A stretch of 64,000 nt of DNA from a virus. Taxonomy: Duplodnaviria; Caudoviricetes. The notes under the pieces were generated by a model. That model was not told the DNA's origin and did no database searches. It saw only the letters and a list, made by a program, of their open reading frames with translations. The position numbers and the translations under genes were made by a program. This document shows positions 55,773 to 64,000 of the stretch, in pieces. The stretch covers positions 1,629-65,628 of IMG/VR virus record IMGVR_UViG_3300032307_000539; one strand, written 5' to 3'. The first letter of the stretch is position 1. Every line of letters begins with the position of its first letter.

Positions 55773-55850
55773 GTCCGCATATCGGCTCTGGCTCATAACC
55801 AGTTGAAACCGTAGTCTGGTTACACGTGGGTTCAAATCCCTCTGCGGACA
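55773..55850 (+). tRNA. D-armless tRNA-like RNA, anticodon CAT
   Basis: GTCCGCA/TGCGGAC acceptor, CTGG-CTCATAA-CCAG anticodon arm, GGG-TTCAAAT-CCC T-arm. Confidence 0.65.
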
Positions 55851-55891
55851 CTAAAAAAACAAATAAAGATTGTTTTATTATAAAATTTAAC

Positions 55892-56009
55892 TATCTTTGC
55901 AAAAGTAATTTTCTGTGGAGGATTAAATTACTACGAAAGACATTTTAAAAAAATAATAAGAAACCTTACAGGGATTAGAGCCTCCACCTCGAAACCTGTA
56001 GGGTTTTCT
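55892..56009 (+). promoter_or_regulatory. promoter (TATCTTTG) and structured kissing-loop leader of the replication operon
   Basis: Hairpin loops GTGGAGG (55915-21) and CCTCCAC (55981-87) are perfectly complementary. Confidence 0.55.
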
Positions 56010-56026
56010 GTTTTAAAACCAATTGT

Positions 56027-56539
56027 ATGAAATTTTCAGAGAAACAATTAGAAGACATTATTTTTAATTCAGACAATTCTTTTTTACAGGAAAAAGGATT
56101 TGATATTTGTGGTAAAAAGTTTAGGCAATTAAACATAAACGGCTATGGTGTTGCAGATTTGATTTGCGTAAGTAGAAATGGTCAATTATTAAACATAGAT
56201 ATTGTAGAGTTGAAAAGAGACGACATATCCATATCTTCTTTCATGCAGGCTTTAAGGTATTTAGATGGAATAAAACATTACTTGAGAAAAAGAAGGTTTG
56301 AATACACTGTTAAATTTACAATAAAACTATGCGGAAGCTCTATATCTGACAACAGAGAGCTAAACTTGATGACGAAATATATTGATGTTTATCCGTTCAT
56401 TGACATAGATTTTTATACATACAGGTTTTCTGTTGATGGAATTTTTTTCGACAAAATAGAAACATTGTATGGATTAGAGTATGACCATTTTAAGGATGTA
56501 AAACCTAAAAAGAAAGAATCTGAATTTACATATTTTTAA
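56027..56539 (+). CDS. PD-(D/E)xK nuclease-fold protein
   Basis: SEKQLED, RQL..GYGVADL, IVELKR, QALRY. Confidence 0.6.
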   Translation: MKFSEKQLEDIIFNSDNSFLQEKGFDICGKKFRQLNINGYGVADLICVSRNGQLLNIDIVELKRDDISISSFMQALRYLDGIKHYLRKRRFEYTVKFTIKLCGSSISDNRELNLMTKYIDVYPFIDIDFYTYRFSVDGIFFDKIETLYGLEYDHFKDVKPKKKESEFTYF

Positions 56540-56540
56540 A

Positions 56541-57386
56541 ATGAGTGGTTGGATTAAAATAAATAGAGACTTGTCAAACCATTGGATTTGGCAAAATAGC
56601 GACTACCTTAAGTGGTGGTTAGATATGCTAATAGAGGTTAATCATACACCTTCAAAGGTGAATATAAAAAACATCATCTATGAATGTAATAGAGGTGAAA
56701 AATTATATTCTTTAGATACTTGGGCTAAAAGATGGAACACAAATAAATCTAAGGTAAGAAGGTTTTTTGAATTATTACAAGATGAAGGAATGATAGTTGT
56801 AAAAAGTGAAACGCAGACTACACGCGTAACAATCTGTAATTATGACAGTTATCAATCTAATGACGATGGAGTTGAAACGCAAATGAAACGCAAACGAAAC
56901 GCAAACGAAACGCATTTGACACCAATACAAGAAAGAAAAGAAAGAAAAGAATATATAACTTCTAATAATACTGGTTTTTCAAAACCAGATGAGATTGATT
57001 GGAATGGTTTGATTTCTTTTTTCAACAAAGTAACCGGTAAGAAGACACGAGTTGTTGGAAGTAAAGCAAAGAGACAATTTAAAAAAAGGCTCGATGAAGG
57101 TTTTAAAAAGGAGGATATAATAAGTGCTATCAAAAATTGCTTTAATGACCCGTATCACAAAAAGAATCCTCACTACTTGACTTTGGAATTTATATCTAGA
57201 GAGGATAAATTAGCAAAATACTCTGATTACAAAAAAGCAGAAGTGAAATTACCTGATGATTGGTTTTTTAGAGAACTTACTCAAGAGCAAAAAGAAATAC
57301 TTCCGCCTGAGAAATTAAAATCTTGGAATTTAAACAAAATGAAAACAGAATTAGAAGGCGGTAAACTAAGACCAATTGAACGATGA
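56541..57386 (+). CDS. phage replication initiator (replisome organiser)
   Basis: MSGWIKINR N-terminus, wHTH (SLDTWAKRW..NKSKVRRFF), VTICNYDSYQ, C-terminal FFNKVTGK domain. Confidence 0.8.
   Translation: MSGWIKINRDLSNHWIWQNSDYLKWWLDMLIEVNHTPSKVNIKNIIYECNRGEKLYSLDTWAKRWNTNKSKVRRFFELLQDEGMIVVKSETQTTRVTICNYDSYQSNDDGVETQMKRKRNANETHLTPIQERKERKEYITSNNTGFSKPDEIDWNGLISFFNKVTGKKTRVVGSKAKRQFKKRLDEGFKKEDIISAIKNCFNDPYHKKNPHYLTLEFISREDKLAKYSDYKKAEVKLPDDWFFRELTQEQKEILPPEKLKSWNLNKMKTELEGGKLRPIER
56874..56917 (+). repeat. iteron array, likely replication origin
   Basis: Four GAAACGCA units at an 11-bp period inside the initiator gene, followed by an A-rich tract. Confidence 0.7.
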
Positions 57387-59110
57387 TAACAGTATTTAAA
57401 AATCTTTACGAACTAAATGAACCAAGACACCCTGAAATAAGCCGTGTTTTAGACGCTATAAGAGACGAAAAGATAAAAGACATAGTAATTACTATCCGGG
57501 AAGAAAAAAACAAGTCTAGGCGCAATATTTTAAAGAAGAGTCTGCCTTGTATTTTGTTCTCAGGTATATTCTACGAGAGAAATGACAAGGCCATTCAAGA
57601 GCATAGTGGTTTTATCTGTTTAGATTTTGACGAGTTCTCCTCGAATGAAGACTTGATGGAGTTTAGGGAAAGGATGATTAACGACCCTTATTCGTATTCC
57701 GTGTTTATCTCGCCATCAGGTGATGGTTTAAAGGTAATAGTCAAAATACCGGCCGAGATTGAAAACCACAGGGCATACTTCAATGGTCTTAAAGTATACT
57801 ACAACAGCGAACACTTCGATGATAGCTGTGTTAATGAGAGTAGGATATGTTATATGTCTTCCGATAAAGACATATATATAAACAAAGGCTCAAAAGTATT
57901 CAACTATAAATCTAAGAAGAAAGAAGTTACTCAAATTACCCAAGTAGTAGACGTTGTTTCTAAAGATGAAATAATAGATGGTCTTTACAAGTGGTGGTCT
58001 TCAAGATATGGAATGGTTGAGGGTGAAAGAAACAGAAATGTTTACATCTTATCTATGGCCTTCAATGAATTTGGTATTTCTGAATTGGAAGCTAAGAGTT
58101 TTATGTCTCAATTTGCTCACGAAGGATTTGACCACGAAGAAATTCGTTCCTGTGTTGAGAGTGCTTATAGAAAAACACACCTATTCAACACCAAGTCATT
58201 TAGTAAAAACCAGACTTTTGACGAGTATGTTCCGGAGCAAAATTCACAATCATCCGCTGAAAAAGTATCTGTAAACTTTAGCAACATATACCAATCTTCA
58301 TTCGTCGATGTTACTAGAGAGATAGAGTATCCTCCGGTAGCTTTAAGTATGGGTACTAAAGTTATGGGAAAAAAATCATTCCCCATACCGTTTGGAACAT
58401 ACGGAAACTTTTCTTGCATAGTTGGCCCGCCAAAGACAATGAAGACGTTTCTGAAATCTCTTTTAATTGCTAGATATATAGGCTTTGATTCACACAACTA
58501 CGCTATGAATATGGAGACCCATAGGGACAGAGATTGTTTCGTTATCGATATAGACACAGAACAGGCCGAGTTTCACGCGCACTCATCATTTAAAAGAGTT
58601 ATGTCTTTGTGTCGAATAAAAAACTACGAATATTATAGGCCATTTGCATTAAGACCATACGAACCAAAAGAACGTCTTGAGTTTATAGAGTGGTTGATAT
58701 ATGAAAGCGAGCTTAAAAACAATATTGGTTTTATGGCTATAGATGGTCTTGCCGACTTAGTTGATGACTTTAACGATTTAAAGGAAAGTCAAAAAGCTAT
58801 ACAAAAAGTAATGAGATGGACTGATGACTGTCAGTTTCACCTAACAACAGTTCTACACTCGAACTTCGGCTCAGCAAAGGCTGTTGGACACATAGGCTCA
58901 TCAATGCTTAAAAAGGCTGAGACGGTATGTCAGTTGTCTAGAGAGGATGATGCTGTTAGGGTTAGCTTCACACACACTAGAGGGTTTAAAATAGACGACT
59001 TTTCATACGCTATTAATGATAGCGGCCTCCCGTATGTATTGAACAGCAATTACACGGATTATAAAGACTTTAAAATAGATGACGATGATGATGATAATAT
59101 ACCCTTTTGA
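57383..59110 (+). CDS. primase-helicase (BT4734/VirE-N-like + PriCT + RecA-type ATPase)
   Basis: KKSLP, HSGFICLDFD, FISPSGDGLK, GERN; Walker A GPPKTMKT, IDTEQ, AIDGLADL, VLH, GHIGS. Confidence 0.8.
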   Translation: MITVFKNLYELNEPRHPEISRVLDAIRDEKIKDIVITIREEKNKSRRNILKKSLPCILFSGIFYERNDKAIQEHSGFICLDFDEFSSNEDLMEFRERMINDPYSYSVFISPSGDGLKVIVKIPAEIENHRAYFNGLKVYYNSEHFDDSCVNESRICYMSSDKDIYINKGSKVFNYKSKKKEVTQITQVVDVVSKDEIIDGLYKWWSSRYGMVEGERNRNVYILSMAFNEFGISELEAKSFMSQFAHEGFDHEEIRSCVESAYRKTHLFNTKSFSKNQTFDEYVPEQNSQSSAEKVSVNFSNIYQSSFVDVTREIEYPPVALSMGTKVMGKKSFPIPFGTYGNFSCIVGPPKTMKTFLKSLLIARYIGFDSHNYAMNMETHRDRDCFVIDIDTEQAEFHAHSSFKRVMSLCRIKNYEYYRPFALRPYEPKERLEFIEWLIYESELKNNIGFMAIDGLADLVDDFNDLKESQKAIQKVMRWTDDCQFHLTTVLHSNFGSAKAVGHIGSSMLKKAETVCQLSREDDAVRVSFTHTRGFKIDDFSYAINDSGLPYVLNSNYTDYKDFKIDDDDDDNIPF

Positions 59111-59112
59111 TT

Positions 59113-59415
59113 ATGGCTAAGAAAAAAGAAGTAGAGTATTTTTTTGACGAAGAAGATTTGATGTATCACAGGTTTGCAGTTAGAAATGATTTTGCTGTAG
59201 TAAAGAAACCGGTTCCTGATAGAATAGGAATGTATTGGGTTGCTAAGTATAAACCTAGTAAATACAAAAATGTTCAGTATTGTAGAATAGACAAGCAAGA
59301 ATTAGACAAGCCTAATAACAGGGTTATGTTCAACAATTACGAAGCTGATAAATTTATCGCTGAAACTTTAAAACAATTTTATAACTTAAAAAAAGAGAAA
59401 AATGGAAACAATTAA
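59113..59415 (+). CDS. hypothetical protein
   Basis: Coupled ORF. Confidence 0.55.
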   Translation: MAKKKEVEYFFDEEDLMYHRFAVRNDFAVVKKPVPDRIGMYWVAKYKPSKYKNVQYCRIDKQELDKPNNRVMFNNYEADKFIAETLKQFYNLKKEKNGNN

Positions 59416-59680
59416 AACAGTAAGAGGAAGAAAACCAAAAGGTAGTAGCATTAATTTTATTGTAGAGAAAAACGTAAAAGTGTTTAAGTCTAAAAGAAAA
59501 TCTAAGCCAGAATCAATTTATCCATACCACAAGATGAGCGTTGGAGATAGCTTTGAATTTCCATCATCTATGTTGAGTAGAATTTGTGCGTCTTCAAATT
59601 ATCACTCAAAGAAATACGGGATTAGATTTTTAGTAGCTAAACAAGATGGTGAAAAACACAGAATATGGCGAGTAAAGTAA
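59402..59680 (+). CDS. small basic DNA-binding-like protein
   Basis: YPYHKMSVGDSF...RIWRVK. Confidence 0.55.
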   Translation: METIKTVRGRKPKGSSINFIVEKNVKVFKSKRKSKPESIYPYHKMSVGDSFEFPSSMLSRICASSNYHSKKYGIRFLVAKQDGEKHRIWRVK

Positions 59681-59706
59681 ATAAAATACCAAACAAAAAG
59701 AGGCAA

Positions 59707-59946
59707 ATGTCTATACACAAACTAATTGTATTAACAGAATTAATGTGTGATGAGTTGGATTCCGTTTCGGCAAACTCAACGTATTCAAAGCAAGTAAGGC
59801 TACACAGCAAGGCACTTCAAGAATTATTAGAGCCTATGTTGTCGAGTGCTTACGAGGCTAGTTTTATAAAAAATTCCACCTATATGCAGTCATTGACAAG
59901 CAAAGTAGACACTGTTATTAGGAAGAACTTTATGGTTGTTGATTAA
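59707..59946 (+). CDS. hypothetical protein
   Basis: ORF; start uncertain. Confidence 0.5.
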   Translation: MSIHKLIVLTELMCDELDSVSANSTYSKQVRLHSKALQELLEPMLSSAYEASFIKNSTYMQSLTSKVDTVIRKNFMVVD

Positions 59947-60007
59947 AAAAATGGGTTTCATAGTTTTATTTTGTAGTAAAAAGTTAATACTTTTGAAAAA
60001 AACAATT

Positions 60008-60175
60008 ATGGAACCCAATCAATTAAACCACATTAACTTCTGCATGAAGCAGATTAATGACCTAACAGACCAGATTTACGAGTCCTTTTTTGAAGATAAA
60101 GAGGTTCGAGAGAAAAGCATTAAAGAATTAATCACAGTTTTAAATTCAATGTTAGAAGATATTAAAAATGACTAA
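60008..60175 (+). CDS. hypothetical protein
   Basis: ATG after TACTTTTG (59988-59995). Confidence 0.5.
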   Translation: MEPNQLNHINFCMKQINDLTDQIYESFFEDKEVREKSIKELITVLNSMLEDIKND

Positions 60176-61403
60176 CAACTATAAAAAGGCATTTCCTCTT
60201 TATTTGGAACTCGTAGAGTCTGGTCTTAATAAGACCGATGCCGCAAAGAAAGCCTGTAAAGAATACGGTATAAATTACAGTGATTCTTCAAGGAAAATCC
60301 TAAGTAAGAAGTTTTTTAAATACAAACCAGACTTCAAGACAGAGACAAACCAATACGAGGTTACATCAAGAATGTCTGCGTTGAAAAAAGACGGTAGCTT
60401 GATGGATATAGACGAGTATTGTACTTTTTATAAAATACCAAGGCATCACGCTCGTTCTTACAAATTAGTTACTCACACCGGGACGCCTTATTACAATATT
60501 GCTTCTAATGTTATCGAGGAGGCTTCATACGTAAGCGAGGATGAGCTAAGGAGCTTTATAGAAAAAGGATTACAATCTATAACCTTAAAACCTAATGTTG
60601 TCCTTAAAAATAACGAAAAGATTGGCGTTGTCAAGATAGCCGACCTTCATTTAGGGGCGTATGTAGATAATTTAATAAAGACCAAAGATTTTTCGATTGA
60701 CATCTTGGCTCAGAAATTATATGATGCGGCAAATATGGTCAACGAAAGAAACTACAAATTAGTTCACATCCATATTTTGGGAGATATAATTGAAAGTTTT
60801 ACTGGTCTTAACCATAAGAACTCTTGGAAGGGCTTAGACAAGGCTATGGTTGGAGCGGAGGCTATTAAGCTAGTAGTAAGGGTTTTGCACGACAACTTCC
60901 TTTCAAGAATTAATAATTTAGGAGAAGTTAAAGTTGTTGCTGGTAATCATGACAGAGTCTCTTCAGACAACAAAGAAGACGTTTGGGGTGGTGCAGCGAA
61001 CCTTGTGTGTTGGGGCCTTGGACTTATAGGGTATAATGTTGAGTTTAATCCCTTAGTAATTACGCATACAGTAGACGGGATATGTCACATTCTAACACAC
61101 GGGCACCATGGTATAAGCGGTAAGACCACTAAGCAGATATGCTGGGACTACGGAGTTCAAGGTAAATTTAACTTGATTTGTGAAGGACACCTTCATAGCA
61201 TTATAGAAAAGTTGTCAATCAGACAAAGAGAAGTTTTTCAAGTGATAAAAGACGACTCTGTAGACCACAGGAGGATGAATTGTCCGTCTTTCTTTACGGG
61301 TAACTTCTACAGCGAGAGTCTTGGTTATACATCGCAGAGTGGTTTTATGGTCACTGAAGACAATGGTAAGGGAGTCCCTAACGTGTTTTATTATGCTGTT
61401 TAA
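60168..61403 (+). CDS. calcineurin-like metallophosphoesterase with N-terminal extension
   Basis: ADLHLG, LGDIIE, AGNHDR, THGH, GHLH. Confidence 0.85.
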   Translation: MTNNYKKAFPLYLELVESGLNKTDAAKKACKEYGINYSDSSRKILSKKFFKYKPDFKTETNQYEVTSRMSALKKDGSLMDIDEYCTFYKIPRHHARSYKLVTHTGTPYYNIASNVIEEASYVSEDELRSFIEKGLQSITLKPNVVLKNNEKIGVVKIADLHLGAYVDNLIKTKDFSIDILAQKLYDAANMVNERNYKLVHIHILGDIIESFTGLNHKNSWKGLDKAMVGAEAIKLVVRVLHDNFLSRINNLGEVKVVAGNHDRVSSDNKEDVWGGAANLVCWGLGLIGYNVEFNPLVITHTVDGICHILTHGHHGISGKTTKQICWDYGVQGKFNLICEGHLHSIIEKLSIRQREVFQVIKDDSVDHRRMNCPSFFTGNFYSESLGYTSQSGFMVTEDNGKGVPNVFYYAV

Positions 61404-61451
61404 CGGATAACGTTTTGCTGATTATTAGTAGGAACTTAATTTTCAAGAGAT

Positions 61452-61622
61452 ATGTATTTACTACAACATTGGATAATTGATTGGGATAAGGTTAAAACCC
61501 AAGAGGATTTAATAATAATTCTTAAAAACCTACAATTAGGATTTGAAAACCCAAGCGAAGATTTAAAAAAACTTTGCAAGTTCGTTAATAAATCCGATGG
61601 TCAAGAGGTTACGTTCGGCTAA
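61452..61622 (+). CDS. small hypothetical protein (56 aa, not in the ORF track)
   Basis: MYLLQHWIIDWDKVKTQEDLIIILK... Confidence 0.45.
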   Translation: MYLLQHWIIDWDKVKTQEDLIIILKNLQLGFENPSEDLKKLCKFVNKSDGQEVTFG

Positions 61623-61651
61623 ATGTCTTTTAAACCTTAAATAAAAATACA

Positions 61652-61927
61652 ATGATTATAGAAATTTTAAAAATGATGGGTTTAACAATATTGCAAAACG
61701 CAAGTTTTACCTTAGTAAGCAGAGCGAGAAATAGTAAGAGTTTGAGTTACCACGCTACCGCGTCAATTTTAAGCAATGGAATTTGGCTTTTAGTTATTAG
61801 AAATGTAGTGTCAAATTTTGACAAAATAGAATTAATGATAACCTATTTAATTGGCTCTGTTTTAGGAAGTGTAGGAATGCATTATTTAGCAATGAAATAT
61901 TTTGAGAAACATAAAGAAAAAAAATAA
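61652..61927 (+). CDS. small membrane protein
   Basis: Three TMs; QNASFTLVSRARNS. Confidence 0.6.
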   Translation: MIIEILKMMGLTILQNASFTLVSRARNSKSLSYHATASILSNGIWLLVIRNVVSNFDKIELMITYLIGSVLGSVGMHYLAMKYFEKHKEKK

Positions 61928-61943
61928 TTGCTAAAAAAATGTC

Positions 61944-62228
61944 ATGATAAAAATAAAAGAATTTGAAAAAGGCGAGCATTGCTTCGGCCCAATACTAACG
62001 GTCAATGGAATTGAGTACAACGACTTAAATCAGCAGGAAGTGATTGATTTCATTAACGATATGTTTAAGAACAACCTGAACAGCGGATTGCTGATTAGAG
62101 AATGTTTTGACATCTGTTTAGACTACCTTCAGGCAGAGATGGTCGACTCTAGCTCAGACAGTTGTGAGCAGTGCGGTAACTTTAATAGCTATGCTAAATA
62201 CGTTGTAGAGGATGAAGATTTTAGTTAA
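61944..62228 (+). CDS. hypothetical protein with a CxxC motif
   Basis: HCF...CEQCG. Confidence 0.5.
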   Translation: MIKIKEFEKGEHCFGPILTVNGIEYNDLNQQEVIDFINDMFKNNLNSGLLIRECFDICLDYLQAEMVDSSSDSCEQCGNFNSYAKYVVEDEDFS

Positions 62229-62412
62229 AGGAGTCATAGAGGTTGACGAAGATAAATGGTATAGCCACGCTGACGAAGAAGAGTTTGCGTGGTTTAAGTC
62301 ATTATTAGACGACAAGAGCAACGAGCCTATGTTGATACTTTGGAGTAATGAAGTAGGTGATGAGATTGGAGGTACAAGTGAATTTGAGTACAAAATATTA
62401 AAAGATGAGTAA
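62212..62412 (+). CDS. acidic hypothetical protein
   Basis: Coupled ORF; LWSNEVGDEIG. Confidence 0.5.
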   Translation: MKILVKGVIEVDEDKWYSHADEEEFAWFKSLLDDKSNEPMLILWSNEVGDEIGGTSEFEYKILKDE

Positions 62413-63223
62413 ATACAAGCTAATAAAAGAATATCCCGGCAGCCCTCACTTAGGAGCTGTAGTTGAAAGACAATATTTGTTTAATTCTCACCTTTGTTAC
62501 ACAGGCGATAAAAAATGGTGTGTTTTAGTTGACGACGTTGAGAATAATCCTGAGTATTGGGAGAGGCAGGTTATGAAAAACAAGAACCTAATCAGCATCA
62601 GCGGGTCCATAGGAAGTGGTAAGGATACCGTAGGCAAAATCATTCAGTACCTTCTGTGTGAAAATAAAGGAGAAATTCCTGTTGAAGACGTTTTAAGATA
62701 CTCTGAACACGATTGGTGGATTCAGGAGCAATCTGGATTTGAGATTAAGAAGTTTGCAGGTAAATTAAAGCAAGTGGCTTCTTTACTTACTGGTGTTCCT
62801 ATTAAAGAATGGGAAGACCAATGGTTTAAATGGCAACAAATGCCTGAGCAATGGGGAATGACGTACCGTGAGTTTCTTCAAAAACTAGGCACAGAAGCAA
62901 TGCGCGATGGTCTACACAAGGAAGTTTGGGTAAACTCCTTGTTCTCAGACTACAGACCACAGAAGCTGAGAGAGTACAACCCAAGCAAGTGGATTATCAC
63001 CGACACAAGGTTTCCCAATGAACTTGAAGCTGTTATAGAAAGAAAAGGAATTACTATTAATGTCGTAAGGCCAGAGGTTAGAATGAACGGACATATAGCT
63101 CACTCTTCAGAAACATCTTTGAAAGACGCTAAGTTCGATTACGAGATTGTCAATGACGCAGGAATACCAGAGCTTGTGGACAAGGTGAAAGGAGTATTAA
63201 TTAAGGAAGGGATTTTAGTATGA
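62405..63223 (+). CDS. deoxynucleoside monophosphate kinase with a short N-terminal module
   Basis: ISGSIGSGKDT, FAGKLK, REFLQKLGTE, IITDTRFPNE, HSSE. Confidence 0.9.
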   Translation: MSKYKLIKEYPGSPHLGAVVERQYLFNSHLCYTGDKKWCVLVDDVENNPEYWERQVMKNKNLISISGSIGSGKDTVGKIIQYLLCENKGEIPVEDVLRYSEHDWWIQEQSGFEIKKFAGKLKQVASLLTGVPIKEWEDQWFKWQQMPEQWGMTYREFLQKLGTEAMRDGLHKEVWVNSLFSDYRPQKLREYNPSKWIITDTRFPNELEAVIERKGITINVVRPEVRMNGHIAHSSETSLKDAKFDYEIVNDAGIPELVDKVKGVLIKEGILV

Positions 63224-63426
63224 CACCAAAAAACCAGGCACAAGATTTAATAGATAATTTTTTAGGATGTTTAATTAAAAATTCAAGTTTTTATGTTGAT
63301 AATGATTTTATAGAACAACAAGCCAAACAATGTGCATTAATAGCAGTTGATGAGATTATAAAACACTGTTACGAAGTTATGAAACCATTTTGGGAGGAAG
63401 TAAAACAAGAAATCGAAAAGTTATGA
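63220..63426 (+). CDS. hypothetical protein
   Basis: MTPK..A.DL...AKQCALIAVDEII...FWEEVKQEIEKL. Confidence 0.6.
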   Translation: MTPKNQAQDLIDNFLGCLIKNSSFYVDNDFIEQQAKQCALIAVDEIIKHCYEVMKPFWEEVKQEIEKL

Positions 63427-63780
63427 CAAGCTACAAGAACAGATACGATGATGTCTACACGTTTGAGAAGACAGACGACGGAAATATTATGATGAAGGGC
63501 GACTTCAAGTGGTTAAGGTTTGGCTACCCAAATGAATACAGCAAGGCGTATGAAGAGTACTTGAAGGACAATAAAAATCACAAGTATTGTATGGACTTAA
63601 AGACGTTCAAGGAAAAGGTTCACGACTACGACAACAAGGCAGGCCAGCTCGTCTATGAGAAGTACGCAAGACTTGTCGAATCAAGGGTGGACATCATTAA
63701 TATGTTGGACCCGTCGGGAGGTCCCTATATGTGCCAAGGAATGGATATGGGGACTATCGGCAATGAGTTTATAGACTCAA
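63423..63780 (+). CDS. hypothetical protein, truncated at the GC junction
   Basis: MTSYKNRYDDVYTF...DPSGGPY; the frame runs into foreign high-GC sequence with no stop. Confidence 0.5.
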
Positions 63781-64000
63781 CGAGTCGGGAAAGTTCGTAC
63801 ACCCAGACGAGCCGCTCGTCCTGCGTGTGTCCCTGGCGCGCAAGGTCCCGACCGTGCTCCCCGAGGTGCGCTTCATCGAAGTCCCCGTCGCGGTGGTCCC
63901 CGAGAGCATCGAGGAGCAAGCGGCCCGAGCCGCGCAGGCCGAAGTCGACGCCATCGCAGCCGCGGCTCGCGTGTGACCCCCTGGTCCGCGGTGCTCACGC
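63781..64000 (+). other. high-GC foreign sequence (probable chimeric join)
   Basis: Abrupt GC rise; encodes the end of a high-GC3 ORF (...EQAARAAQAEVDAIAAAARV, TGA at 63974-63976). Confidence 0.7.

Noticed and set aside
61401-61450. GGATAACGTTTTGCTG resembling the left half of another attC-like site
   Set aside because: No complementary right arm found; at most a remnant.
63725-63954. Minus-strand ORFs at the right end
   Set aside because: Antisense shadows of the high-GC fragment, spanning the suspected chimeric junction.
1-64000. CRISPR array, DGR/reverse transcriptase, integrase, stop-codon reassignment
   Set aside because: No repeat-spacer array and no RT or recombinase motifs seen; genes are intact in the standard code and no suppressor tRNA was found.

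Overview
Most of the genome of a low-GC tailed phage of a Bacteroidota (probably Flavobacteriaceae) host, apparently circularly permuted. Host inference: the Bacteroidota sigma-A -7 element TAnnTTTG precedes about a dozen transcription starts. The minus-strand block 1.2-39.6 kb is a podovirus-type virion and lysis module of the Cellulophaga phi38:1/crAss-like organisation: terminase, portal, scaffold, capsid, ring and muzzle proteins, ejection proteins, tail fibres, M15 endolysin and spanins. It also carries GroEL/GroES, a ferritin and a cluster of small Lys-rich proteins. A long non-coding, hairpin-rich region (40.9-43.1 kb) leads into plus-strand early and replication genes: amidoligase plus glutamine amidotransferase, many small ORFs, ERF, YqaJ exonuclease, SSB, an initiator with internal iterons, primase-helicase, phosphoesterase and dNMP kinase. 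No DNA polymerase, RNA polymerase or integrase was recognised. Most notable: (1) integron attC-like palindromes at 49.7-50.5 kb that bound single genes and show the cassette signature; (2) an RNA island at 54.8-56.0 kb with three aberrant tRNA-like genes, two pseudoknotted ncRNA candidates, a kissing-loop leader and an Acb2/Tad1-like ORF. The last ~220 bp are high-GC and look chimeric. All calls come from reading motifs by eye; no database searches were run.
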